Assembly: GCA_963662445.1 (NCBI GenBank)
Contig: OY759590.1
Location: forward strand, 3,520,249-3,584,248
Source: Desulfarculia bacterium
GTDB taxonomy: Bacteria; Desulfobacterota; Desulfarculia; Adiutricales; JAGVGV01
Direction: 5' to 3'
Length of the DNA: 64,000 nt
The notes beneath the pieces are model-generated. The model saw only the letters and a program-made list of their open reading frames with translations. It made no database searches and had not been told where the DNA came from. Position numbers and translations under genes: made by a program. Below are positions 53,208-61,878 of this stretch, piece by piece. Position 1 is the stretch's first letter. Each line of letters starts with the position of its first letter.

Positions 53208-53779
53208 AGCTTGTTGACGAACATGACCTCGTCCAGCGGCTTCTTGGGCACAAAATGCCTTCCCTGTTCATCCCGCCAGTATCTCACCGTGTCGCCCCGG
53301 TCCACGTAAAGCGGTTCTTCATCCGGGTAGCCCAGGGCCACCACCAGGTCGGGACGCAGGTAATCCGGGAGATGGAAGGTCTCGGTCACGGTCTGCGGAT
53401 TGAAGGAAAGAAGCACGCAGGAAGCCACGCCTTCGGCCAGACCGGCTATGAGCATGTTTTCCACGCTGAAGCCGACGTCGTATTTATAATGCGTGGCCTT
53501 GGCCCTTTCATCGACCAGCACGATGACATAGGCCGCCGGTTCCCGCCCGGCCGGAGGATTACCGGCCGGATTGATGTAGGCCGCCCACCTGAGGGTGGGA
53601 AAGATGATGCCGCGAAGTTCCGGCTCGGTGACCACCAGGTAGCGGAGAGGCTGGAGATTGGCCCCGGTGGGAGCCAGGCGGGCCGCGTCGACCATGCGTT
53701 CCAGCACATCCAGCGGTACCGGTTTGGGCTGAAAACTGCGTACCGAACGGCGGTTCTTCATCAGTTCATGAACATTCAT
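53204..53779 (-). CDS. Nitroreductase family protein
   Basis: 'MKNRRSVRSF' and 'APTGANLQPLRYLVV'. Start ATG 53779 overlaps the upstream stop (ATGA). Confidence 0.8.
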   Translation of the reverse strand: MNVHELMKNRRSVRSFQPKPVPLDVLERMVDAARLAPTGANLQPLRYLVVTEPELRGIIFPTLRWAAYINPAGNPPAGREPAAYVIVLVDERAKATHYKYDVGFSVENMLIAGLAEGVASCVLLSFNPQTVTETFHLPDYLRPDLVVALGYPDEEPLYVDRGDTVRYWRDEQGRHFVPKKPLDEVMFVNKL

Positions 53780-55533
53780 GACATACCTCCCTGAAAAACG
53801 GCCCACAAAAGAGACAGGATTCCGGCCAGGATGAAATTGGCGTCTATCATGGCCTCGGATATGGTCCCCCCGACAATCTGGTCGCGCCGGAACAGGAAAA
53901 GATGAAGGCCGGCGTAAGCGGCGCAGACCAGCAGGACCAGAGCCAGCGACGTGAGCAGCCCGGCGGCCCAGCCGGCGGTCAGGGCCACGGCCAGCACAAG
54001 GACCACCAGCTTGAGCAGATTTATGGTCTTGGCCTCGCCGATGATGATGGGGATGGTTTCCCGCCCGGCTATGCGGTCTCCCTGTATTTCAAAAATATCG
54101 CCAAAGGCGCTGCGGATGAACACCAGCAGAAAACAGATCAGACCGACCACGGCCGTGGACCAGGTCAACTCGCCTTCGGGGGAAAGGGCCGGCACGCAGC
54201 TCAGGGCCAGAGCCCAGCCGCCGGAAAGAAAAAGAGTCTTGGAACTGGGGATGTCCTTCAGACGGCGCAGCCTGATGCGCTTCGCCAGGGAGTGAGGCAC
54301 CAGGGGCACGGCGTACAACAGGCCGAGGGTGCTCATGAAAGCCAGCAGGCTGAAGACTCCCCACCCCAGGGTCAGGCCCAGCAGCAGACCGGCCAGGGCC
54401 GAAAAAATTCCGGAGCTGATAAGAATGTGCCGATAAGTTTCCAGAAACAGGGCCCGGTCCGGGTCGTTGTACTGGCTGGCTTCCTTGTCCAGAAACATAT
54501 TGAGCATATGCATGGCGTGAACATAGAAGAAGGCTACGCCGAAAAAGGCCGGGCGGGGTTCGATCCCCTGAAGCATGGCTGCAGCCAGACAGAGAATACC
54601 GGCCCCCAGGGCCACGAAAAAATTGCTCAGGACCATGTTGCGGAGCAGACGGTGCGCCTTGCCCTTGATGGAAGGATCGCCTTTCTGGGCAAAACGTTCC
54701 AGAGCCCGAAAGAGGCGGATAATCATCCAGTTGGGCGTTGACGCCCCGGCCGTGATGCCCACGGTGCCGACCCCGGCCAGCCAGGCCTGGTCCAGTTCGT
54801 CCTCGGTCTCCACGTGGATGGTCTTGGCCCCTTCCTCCTCGGCCACCGCCGCCAGCCTGGTCGTATTTCCGCTGTTGTGGCCGCCGACTATGACCATGGC
54901 GTCCACTTCACGGGCCAGCCGCCGGGCCTCTTCCTGACGGCGCTGAGTGGCTCCGCAGATGGTGTCGAAAACCAGAGCCTCCGGCCATCGGGTCGTAACA
55001 GCCTTGACGACATCCTCCCACATCTGCTGGTTCTGGGTAGTCTGGGCGACCAGAATGACCTTGTCCCGGTCAGGCAGGGCGGCCACGTCTTCCGGCTTGT
55101 TGAAAGTCAGACCTTTTCCTTCTGAATACCCCAGCAGCCCGACCACTTCGGGGTGATCTGGATTTCCCCAGATTACGGGCGTGTATCCCTTCTCGGCATG
55201 CCTCTTGATAATCATCTGAACCCGGATGACCCGGGGGCAGGTGGCGTCTATAATATCCAGCCCGGTCTCTTCCAGCCTCCGTCTTTCCTCGGGCGGCACG
55301 CCATGGGCGCGAATGATGACCGTGCCCTTTTCCAGGTCATGCAGGTCGGAAGCGCCCGACTGCAGAACGCGCAGACCTTTGTTGCGCAGCAGGTCCAGGG
55401 CCTGGGGGTTGTGGATCAGCGGACCGTAGGAATAGATGGCCCCCGGCCGGTTGTTGACCGCTTCCAGGGCCAGTTCCATGGCCCGGCGGACCCCCATGCA
55501 GAAACCCGAGCTTTTGGCCAGAACGACTTTCAT
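53776..55533 (-). CDS. ispH: 4-hydroxy-3-methylbut-2-enyl diphosphate reductase (IspH/LytB) fused to a C-terminal UbiA-like polytopic membrane domain
   Basis: aa 1-~285 are IspH ('GFCMGVRRA', 'GPLIHNP', 'DATCPRV', 'GGHNSGNT', 'TAGASTP'). aa ~300-585 hold about 8 TM helices with 'FGDIFEIQGDRIAGRETIPI', resembling the second Asp-rich motif of UbiA prenyltransferases. Confidence 0.85.
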   Translation of the reverse strand: MKVVLAKSSGFCMGVRRAMELALEAVNNRPGAIYSYGPLIHNPQALDLLRNKGLRVLQSGASDLHDLEKGTVIIRAHGVPPEERRRLEETGLDIIDATCPRVIRVQMIIKRHAEKGYTPVIWGNPDHPEVVGLLGYSEGKGLTFNKPEDVAALPDRDKVILVAQTTQNQQMWEDVVKAVTTRWPEALVFDTICGATQRRQEEARRLAREVDAMVIVGGHNSGNTTRLAAVAEEEGAKTIHVETEDELDQAWLAGVGTVGITAGASTPNWMIIRLFRALERFAQKGDPSIKGKAHRLLRNMVLSNFFVALGAGILCLAAAMLQGIEPRPAFFGVAFFYVHAMHMLNMFLDKEASQYNDPDRALFLETYRHILISSGIFSALAGLLLGLTLGWGVFSLLAFMSTLGLLYAVPLVPHSLAKRIRLRRLKDIPSSKTLFLSGGWALALSCVPALSPEGELTWSTAVVGLICFLLVFIRSAFGDIFEIQGDRIAGRETIPIIIGEAKTINLLKLVVLVLAVALTAGWAAGLLTSLALVLLVCAAYAGLHLFLFRRDQIVGGTISEAMIDANFILAGILSLLWAVFQGGMS

Positions 55534-56555
55534 GCCACAGCCGCCTTTTCCTCCTGAAAATCGGCCAGCCAGGCGAAGTATTCTTCCAGCTTGGCCACCA
55601 GGACATCAAAATCCTTGACCTGGTTGATCGACTGCCGGAAGGCCGTTGAATTGGGCAGGCCCTTGGTGTACCACATCATGACGCCGCGCAGCATATACAG
55701 AGCCTTGGGCAGGCCGTAGAAATCCCTGAGGGTGAGCGCATGGGTCAGGGCTGTGCGGTATCTCTCTTCCAGCGCCGGTTCGGGAGCCGGGCGTCCGTCC
55801 AGCATGGCCAGAGCCCGCGAAAAAATCCAGGGGTCGCCCATGGCTCCCCGCCCGATCATGATGCCCGCGCACCCCGTCTCCTTGAGCCGGGTCAGGACGT
55901 GCTGAGGCCTGGTCACGTCGCCGCTGCCGATGACGGGCTTCGGGAAGACCTCGGCCAGCCGGGCGACAAAGCTCCAATCAGCCTCGCCGCTGAACGACTG
56001 CACCGCGTACCGGGGATGCAGGGTGACCGCATCCACGCCGCACCCGGCCAGTATGGGAGCCAGTTCCATGATCTCGCCCTCGCCAGGCCGCCAGCCGCAG
56101 CGGGTCTTGACGGTCAGAGGCACGGTCACTTCGCGGCGCACGGCAGTGACGATTTCCTCGATCAGTTTGAAGTCCTTCAGCAAAGCCGCCCCGGCCCCGT
56201 GACGGACGACCTTGCGCGCCGGACAGCCCATGTTCAGGTCGATAACGTCCGCCCCGGCCTCCTGGGCTATGGCCGCTCCACGCACCAGCCAGGAAGGATT
56301 GGCGCCGAAAAGCTGAACCGCCAAGGGGCGTTCCACCGGGTCGGAAGCCATGAGCTTCATGGTCTTGGGACCGCGCTGGCCCATTCCGGCCGCGCTGACC
56401 ATTTCGGTGAAAACCAGGGCCGCGCCCTGTTCCTTGGCCAACAGGCGGAAAGGCAGATTGGTGATGCCGGCCATGGGAGCCAGAATCAACGGATTGTCCA
56501 GGCGCAATGCGCCGATATTGAAACCTGTATCAGTCATATTCCTCAAATCAATCAA
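55530..56555 (-). CDS. dusB: tRNA-dihydrouridine synthase
   Basis: 'LAPMAGITNLPFR', 'DLNMGCP' and 'TVKTRCGW' are Dus motifs. The start is TTG 56555 or ATG 56537. Confidence 0.9.
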   Translation of the reverse strand: MIDLRNMTDTGFNIGALRLDNPLILAPMAGITNLPFRLLAKEQGAALVFTEMVSAAGMGQRGPKTMKLMASDPVERPLAVQLFGANPSWLVRGAAIAQEAGADVIDLNMGCPARKVVRHGAGAALLKDFKLIEEIVTAVRREVTVPLTVKTRCGWRPGEGEIMELAPILAGCGVDAVTLHPRYAVQSFSGEADWSFVARLAEVFPKPVIGSGDVTRPQHVLTRLKETGCAGIMIGRGAMGDPWIFSRALAMLDGRPAPEPALEERYRTALTHALTLRDFYGLPKALYMLRGVMMWYTKGLPNSTAFRQSINQVKDFDVLVAKLEEYFAWLADFQEEKAAVA

Positions 56556-56735
56556 TATTAGACCATCGGGACGCCCAATTCAATCCCGGTCCCGAAAGTC
56601 CTCCCTTCCCCCCGCGGCAGTGCGGGAGCGACATGGTTATATACACCATAAATTCAGGCGGGGCGCGCTAAAAATGCAGGAACGGAGTCTACGCCATTGA
56701 CAAAACCTATGGGGCTTGTCATCATGTGCTTCAAG

Positions 56736-56833
56736 GGAAGTGCCTAGTCACCTGGTGGGGCTCCTGGACTTCAAATCCAGTGGCGGGCGCTGGAAACGTC
56801 CGCGGTGGGTTCGATTCCCATGCACTTCCGCCA
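56736..56833 (+). tRNA. selC: tRNA-Sec (anticodon UCA)
   Basis: 98 nt. 8-bp acceptor stem GGAAGTGC/GCACTTCC. Anticodon stem-loop CTGGA-CTTCAAA-TCCAG. Long variable arm, T-arm GGTTCGATTCC, encoded CCA. Near-colinear with my recollection of E. coli selC. Confidence 0.92.
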
Positions 56834-57322
56834 CAATGATTTCAAGGGGTTAGCCGTCGCTTAACCAATCTAAGCCAAATCGCTCTTTAGCTTATATAAG
56901 TTAAATATCTGGCGAAATCCGGCTTCAAAAGTATCGCAAAAGTATAGCATCCGCCGGACTTACTCCCCTCCCCTTTTCACTCACCATGGACAGGCTATCG
57001 CTCTCCCTGCCCCGCCCAAATATATAAAGAGAAAGCCTTGGCATTTAGGGATCTAATTTAACCCTGTTATCATGAAATTAAGATTGACGGCCTGAAGCCA
57101 GCCAATGCCTTGAACCATCTCCAAAAGCAAGCCACGTTCAAGCCATACTCCGGCACCAGAACGCCTTAACAACAACTCGTTACCTGCATAACCTGCGTGG
57201 GATTAGAGCGTGTCTCAACGAGGTGTTCTCGTACCCCGGATTTAACTGCGCCCCAAAACCACAAGAAGCCGAAATAAGCCCGAAAATCGGCCCCAAATCG
57301 CCCTCTGAATGGTGTAAAAAGC

Positions 57323-57334
57323 TTGACATATAAT
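57323..57334 (+). promoter_or_regulatory. Promoter elements upstream of the AbiEi-like gene
   Basis: TTGACATATAAT is a perfect -35 hexamer abutting a perfect -10 hexamer, so only one can be used with a partner elsewhere. No SD precedes ATG 57358, so the leader may be short or absent. Confidence 0.3.
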
Positions 57335-57357
57335 CCTGATTGTGCACCATATTACAC

Positions 57358-57966
57358 ATGACGGAAAAGCAAACAGAAGAGGACAGGCTTCTTGCTCTGG
57401 CCAAAGAGAAGGGCGTCATCCGGGTGAAGGACCTCAAGGCCGAGGGGATTCACCCGGAGCACCTACGACGCCTAACCAGAAGAGGCTGGCTCACAAAGGT
57501 GGGGAGAGGGCTTTATGTCGACGCTGACAAGGACCTGACGGCCAGCCACTCCCTTGCTCTGGCGAGCAAATGGCTTCCGGATGGAGTGATTTGCCTTCTG
57601 TCAGCTCTTCGTTTCCACGAGCTCGGCACCCAAAACCCTTTTGAAGTGTGGATTGCGCTCGACCGGCGGGCAGCGAAGCCCAAGATTGACCTTCCACCAC
57701 TACGGGTGATGAGGTTTTCCGGCGCTGCACTGACGGAAGGTATTGAGGAGCAGATCATTGAAGGCGTTTCGGTCAAAATGTACACCTCGGCCAAAACCGT
57801 GGCTGACTGCTTCAAATATCGCAACAAAATCGGTCTGGACGTGGCCATAGAGGCTCTGCGGGATTGCCTTCGTCAGCGCAAATGCTCCAATGACGACCTT
57901 TACCGCTTCGCCAAGGTTTGCAGGGTCTGGAATGTGATGCGGCCATACATGGAGGCCCTTGCCTGA
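57358..57966 (+). CDS. AbiEi-family (type IV TA antitoxin-like) transcriptional regulator
   Basis: 'LLALAKEKGVIRVKDLKAEGIHPEHLRRLTRRGWLTKVGRGLYV' is the AbiEi_4-type N-terminal wHTH. The C-terminal 'SALRFHELGTQNPFEVWIAL...' is typical of the family. Confidence 0.75.
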   Translation: MTEKQTEEDRLLALAKEKGVIRVKDLKAEGIHPEHLRRLTRRGWLTKVGRGLYVDADKDLTASHSLALASKWLPDGVICLLSALRFHELGTQNPFEVWIALDRRAAKPKIDLPPLRVMRFSGAALTEGIEEQIIEGVSVKMYTSAKTVADCFKYRNKIGLDVAIEALRDCLRQRKCSNDDLYRFAKVCRVWNVMRPYMEALA

Positions 57967-58059
57967 AGTGGGGGACAGATACTACCAGCCAATTACAGCA
58001 CTCGCCTTGTTCACCCTCTATACATAGCAGCGTAATGTCTTGAAAAAACAACACATTTA

Positions 58060-58088
58060 TTGACAGATTGATTGCTGATGTAATAAAA
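58060..58088 (+). promoter_or_regulatory. Candidate promoter for the DUF3800 gene in an AT-rich spacer
   Basis: TTGACA, 15-17 nt, TAATAAAA. Confidence 0.3.
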
Positions 58089-58156
58089 TAAAGTGTTTTT
58101 CGTGGGGAAGATCTTTTCTGAACAATCGTATACAAGGGGTATTCGTAATAAATATT

Positions 58157-59083
58157 ATGCCTTACGTATACCAACAGATGGGGCCGGATACAGAAAAACC
58201 GCGGCAAGATGCGCCATATCTTGCCTATGCTGATGAGTCTTCCTGGAACACAGGCCGATTCAGAAGTATCGCCCTTGCTACTCTTCAATCGACTGATGCC
58301 GAAGATCTGAGGAACGAGCTTGTCGCTCTCTTGGATGAGTCAAATGTCCAAGAGTTCAAGTGGCAGAAGCTGAAGAAGGCGAAATACAGGTTTCCGGCTA
58401 AAAAACTGGTTGATTTCACTTTCAAGTATTCAGATACAAAACAACTTCGGCTTGACGTACTCACCTGGGATACGCACGACTCTCGACATGAAATCATTGG
58501 ACGTGATGACAATGCCAACCTTGGTCGAATGTACTACCACCTGTTCAGGAGTGTCCTAACAAGGCGGTGGCCGGAAGGAGCGTGTTGGTATCTGTATCCT
58601 GACGAGCACACATCCCTTGATTGGCCCGCAATCAGGCAATGCCTGGAATACAAGGGCATCCAGTTCGACTTGGCAGGCGAACAACAGCAATCCTGGTTTC
58701 GACTGGAAGGAATGAAAGAGCTTTTCAACATTCACGACCTTTGCGAGTGTCGGTCTCATGAAGAGCCCTTCATCCAACTAGCTGACCTTTTCAGTGGTTT
58801 GGCTGCCTACTCATATGAAAGTTATGAGAAATGGTGTTCATGGCGGGATGATTCCCAGATGTGTCTCCCTGGATTTGGCGAGGCTGTAAAGATGAGTAAT
58901 GCGGACTGGGAAAGATGCTGCATACTGAACTACCTGAATAAAAAATGTAAGGCAAGAAGGCTTGGGGTTGCGTTGAACTCCGAAAAAGGCTTATTTTCGC
59001 ATAATCCAGACCAATCACCGAACTTTTGGCGATACGAACCGCAGCACGAGTTGGATAGGGCTCCAACGAAATTTTCTGAATGA
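58157..59083 (+). CDS. DUF3800-like protein
   Basis: 308 aa with lower G+C than its neighbours. The N-terminal 'YLAYADESS' and C-terminal 'FIQLADLFSGLAAY' match the DES / QxAD motif pair I recall for DUF3800. The stop overlaps ATG 59080 of hsdR (ATGA). Confidence 0.6.
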   Translation: MPYVYQQMGPDTEKPRQDAPYLAYADESSWNTGRFRSIALATLQSTDAEDLRNELVALLDESNVQEFKWQKLKKAKYRFPAKKLVDFTFKYSDTKQLRLDVLTWDTHDSRHEIIGRDDNANLGRMYYHLFRSVLTRRWPEGACWYLYPDEHTSLDWPAIRQCLEYKGIQFDLAGEQQQSWFRLEGMKELFNIHDLCECRSHEEPFIQLADLFSGLAAYSYESYEKWCSWRDDSQMCLPGFGEAVKMSNADWERCCILNYLNKKCKARRLGVALNSEKGLFSHNPDQSPNFWRYEPQHELDRAPTKFSE

Positions 59084-61878
59084 ACCATGAGGGCTGGGGG
59101 TATGAGATGACGCCGGAGCAAAAGGCCAGAGCGGCTATTGACCAGCAGCTTGAGCAGTGCGGGTGGCAGGTCCAGGACCACAAATCCATGAACATCATGG
59201 CCGGCCGGGGGGTGGCCATTCGGGAGTTCCCCCTGAAAACCGGTTTCGCCGACTACATGCTTTATGTGGACGGCAAGGCCATCGGCGTGATCGAAGCCAA
59301 ACCCCAAGGCCATACCCTGGTCGGCGTGGAAGCCCAATCCGCCAAATACACATCTGGTCTGCCGGACATGCTGCCGCATTATCATTTGCCCCTACCGTTC
59401 GCCTACGAGTCCACCGGAACCATCACCCAGTTCACCAACGGCCTGGACCCGGCCCCGCGCAGCCGGGAGGTTTTCACCTTCCATCGGCCGGAAGAACTCC
59501 TCCGCCTGGTCAAGCTCGACGGACAGCTCCGGGCCAAGCTCAAGGAACTGCCGCCCCTGAACGAGGAAGGACTCTGGCGGGTCCAGGTGGAGACCATTCT
59601 CAACCTGGAAAAGTCCCTGGCCGAGGCACGGCCCAGAGCCCTCATCCAGATGGCCACCGGCAGCGGCAAGACGTTCACCGCCTGTTCCTTCTGCTACCGG
59701 CTCATCAAGTTCGCCAAGGCCAAGCGTATCCTCTTCCTGGTCGACCGCAACAACCTCGGCAAGCAAGCCTTGACCGAGTTTCAGCAGTACGTCAGCCCTT
59801 ACACCAACTACAAGTTCAGCGAGGAATACAACGTCCAGCGCCTCACCTCGAACGCCATAGACCCGGCCAGCAAGCTGGTCATCACCACGGTTCAGCGGCT
59901 CTATTCCATCCTCAAGGGCGAACCGGCCTTTGAGGAAGAGGCGGAAGAGCGCTCCATGTTCGAAGTCGACTCCCCATTGGCCAAGAAACCCTTGCCGGTG
60001 GTGTACAGCGAGCGCATCCCCATCGAGCATTTCGACTTCATCGTGGTGGACGAATGCCACCGCTCGATTTACAACCTTTGGCGTCAGGTCCTGGAATACT
60101 TCGACGCCGTCCTCATCGGCCTGACCGCCACACCCAGCACCCAGACCATCGGCTTTTTCAACGGCAACGTGGTTCAGGACTACTCCCACGAAAAGGCTGT
60201 GGTCGACGGCGTGAACGTCGGATACGACGTATACGGCATCCGCACGGAAGTCGGCTCGGACGGCGCTACGCTGCTGAAAAAGGCCGGGCGATACGTGCCG
60301 CGCCGGGACCGGCGCACCCGCAAGAAACGCCTGGCCGAACTGGACGACGACCTGACCTATACCGCCAGCCAGCTCGACCGGGACGTGGTCAACCCCAGCC
60401 AAATCCGGTTGGTGATACAGACCTTCCGGGACAAGCTCTTTACCGAAATATTCCCCGGCCGCACCGAAGTCCCCAAAACTCTGGTTTTCGCCAAGACCGA
60501 CCTTCATGCCGACGACATCGTCAAGGTCATCCGGGAGGAGTTCGGCAAAGGCAACGAGTTCTGTCAGAAAATCACCTATCGCACCACCGGCAGGAAGCCG
60601 GACGAACTGCTGAACGAGTTTCGGAACTCCTACCATCCCCGCATCGCCGTGAGCGTGGACATGATTGCCACGGGCACGGACGTCAAGCCCCTGGAATGCC
60701 TGCTGTTCATGCGCAACATCCAATCCGCCTCGTATTTCGAACAGATGAAGGGCCGAGGGACAAGGGTCATCAGCTCCGACGACCTTGGGGCCGTCACGCC
60801 GGACAACAAGCACAAAGTCCGCTTTGTCATCGTGGATGCCGTGGGAGTCTGCGAAAACGACAAGACCAACTCCAAGCCGCTCGACCGCAAGCCGTCCTTT
60901 TCCCTGGACAAGCTGCTCCAGATGGTGGCTCAAGGCGTCGTGCACGCCGATGTGGTTTCGACTCTGGCCGCCAGGCTGGCCCGCCTGAACCAGGAAATAG
61001 ACGAGAAGGACGAAAAGGACATCGCTTCCGAGGCCGGTGGGCGCTCGCTGGCCGATTTGACGGCTAGTTTGCTCGGCAGCATCGACCCGGACAAGACCGA
61101 GGCCAAGGCTCGGGAGATGTATTTCCTTTCGCCCGCTGATGAGCCGGCCGCTGAGCAGCTTGACCAGGCCGAGCAAGCCAACATGACCGAGGCTTTGAAG
61201 CCGTTTCACAACCCCAGGCTCCGGGACCTGCTGGTCAAAATCAAGGCTTCTCTGGAACAGGTCATCGACGAAATCACCCAGGACAAGCTGCTGGCCGCCG
61301 AATTCGACGCCGCAGCCAAAGAGCAGGCCCGTTCCAAGCTGAGCGATTTCCGCAAGTTTCTGGACGATAACAGGGATGAAATCGAGGCCCTTCAGGTCCT
61401 TTACAGCAAGCCGTATCGGCACGGACTGCGCTACGGCCAGCTCAAGGAACTGGCCGCCGCCATCGAACGGCCCCCGCTATCCATTCCCCAGCCGGAAGAC
61501 CGCCTCTGGCGGCTGTACGAGGCCGTGGAGCCGGAAAAGGTCAAGGGGCCGGGCGGCAAAGCTCTGGTTGACTTGATCGCCATCGTGCGGCATGCTCTGA
61601 ATCCCGCCCACCCCCTCACCCCCGTGGCCATGACCGTGGCCGAGCGGTACGAAGAGTGGCTGGCGGAAAAGGAAGCGGAGGGAATCGTGTTCACCCTGGA
61701 GCAGCGCAAATGGCTGGACGCCATCAAAGACCATATCGCCAGCAGCCTGGAAATCAAAACAGACGACTTCGAATACGCGCCGTTCAACAACATGGGCGGC
61801 CTGGGCAAGGTCCATCAGCTTTTTGGCGACCAACTGCCGGCCATCATAGATGAACTGAATGTGAGGTTGGCGGCGTGA
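59080..61878 (+). CDS. hsdR: Type I restriction enzyme R subunit (EcoEI/type IB-like C-terminus)
   Basis: N-terminal 'IDQQLEQCGWQV...ADYMLYVDGKAIGVIEAK'. Helicase motifs 'QMATGSGKTFTA', 'VVDECHRS', 'GLTATP'. EcoEI_R_C-like tail. ATG 59107 is an alternative start. Confidence 0.9.
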   Translation: MNHEGWGYEMTPEQKARAAIDQQLEQCGWQVQDHKSMNIMAGRGVAIREFPLKTGFADYMLYVDGKAIGVIEAKPQGHTLVGVEAQSAKYTSGLPDMLPHYHLPLPFAYESTGTITQFTNGLDPAPRSREVFTFHRPEELLRLVKLDGQLRAKLKELPPLNEEGLWRVQVETILNLEKSLAEARPRALIQMATGSGKTFTACSFCYRLIKFAKAKRILFLVDRNNLGKQALTEFQQYVSPYTNYKFSEEYNVQRLTSNAIDPASKLVITTVQRLYSILKGEPAFEEEAEERSMFEVDSPLAKKPLPVVYSERIPIEHFDFIVVDECHRSIYNLWRQVLEYFDAVLIGLTATPSTQTIGFFNGNVVQDYSHEKAVVDGVNVGYDVYGIRTEVGSDGATLLKKAGRYVPRRDRRTRKKRLAELDDDLTYTASQLDRDVVNPSQIRLVIQTFRDKLFTEIFPGRTEVPKTLVFAKTDLHADDIVKVIREEFGKGNEFCQKITYRTTGRKPDELLNEFRNSYHPRIAVSVDMIATGTDVKPLECLLFMRNIQSASYFEQMKGRGTRVISSDDLGAVTPDNKHKVRFVIVDAVGVCENDKTNSKPLDRKPSFSLDKLLQMVAQGVVHADVVSTLAARLARLNQEIDEKDEKDIASEAGGRSLADLTASLLGSIDPDKTEAKAREMYFLSPADEPAAEQLDQAEQANMTEALKPFHNPRLRDLLVKIKASLEQVIDEITQDKLLAAEFDAAAKEQARSKLSDFRKFLDDNRDEIEALQVLYSKPYRHGLRYGQLKELAAAIERPPLSIPQPEDRLWRLYEAVEPEKVKGPGGKALVDLIAIVRHALNPAHPLTPVAMTVAERYEEWLAEKEAEGIVFTLEQRKWLDAIKDHIASSLEIKTDDFEYAPFNNMGGLGKVHQLFGDQLPAIIDELNVRLAA

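Noticed and set aside
58157-59083. Whether this ORF is simply a divergent AbiEii toxin partnering the upstream AbiEi.
   Set aside because: It has no nucleotidyltransferase-type motifs (no GGTAL-like or hxDxD pattern). It carries a DES...QLAD motif pair instead. A 190-nt gap replaces the usual overlap with abiEi.
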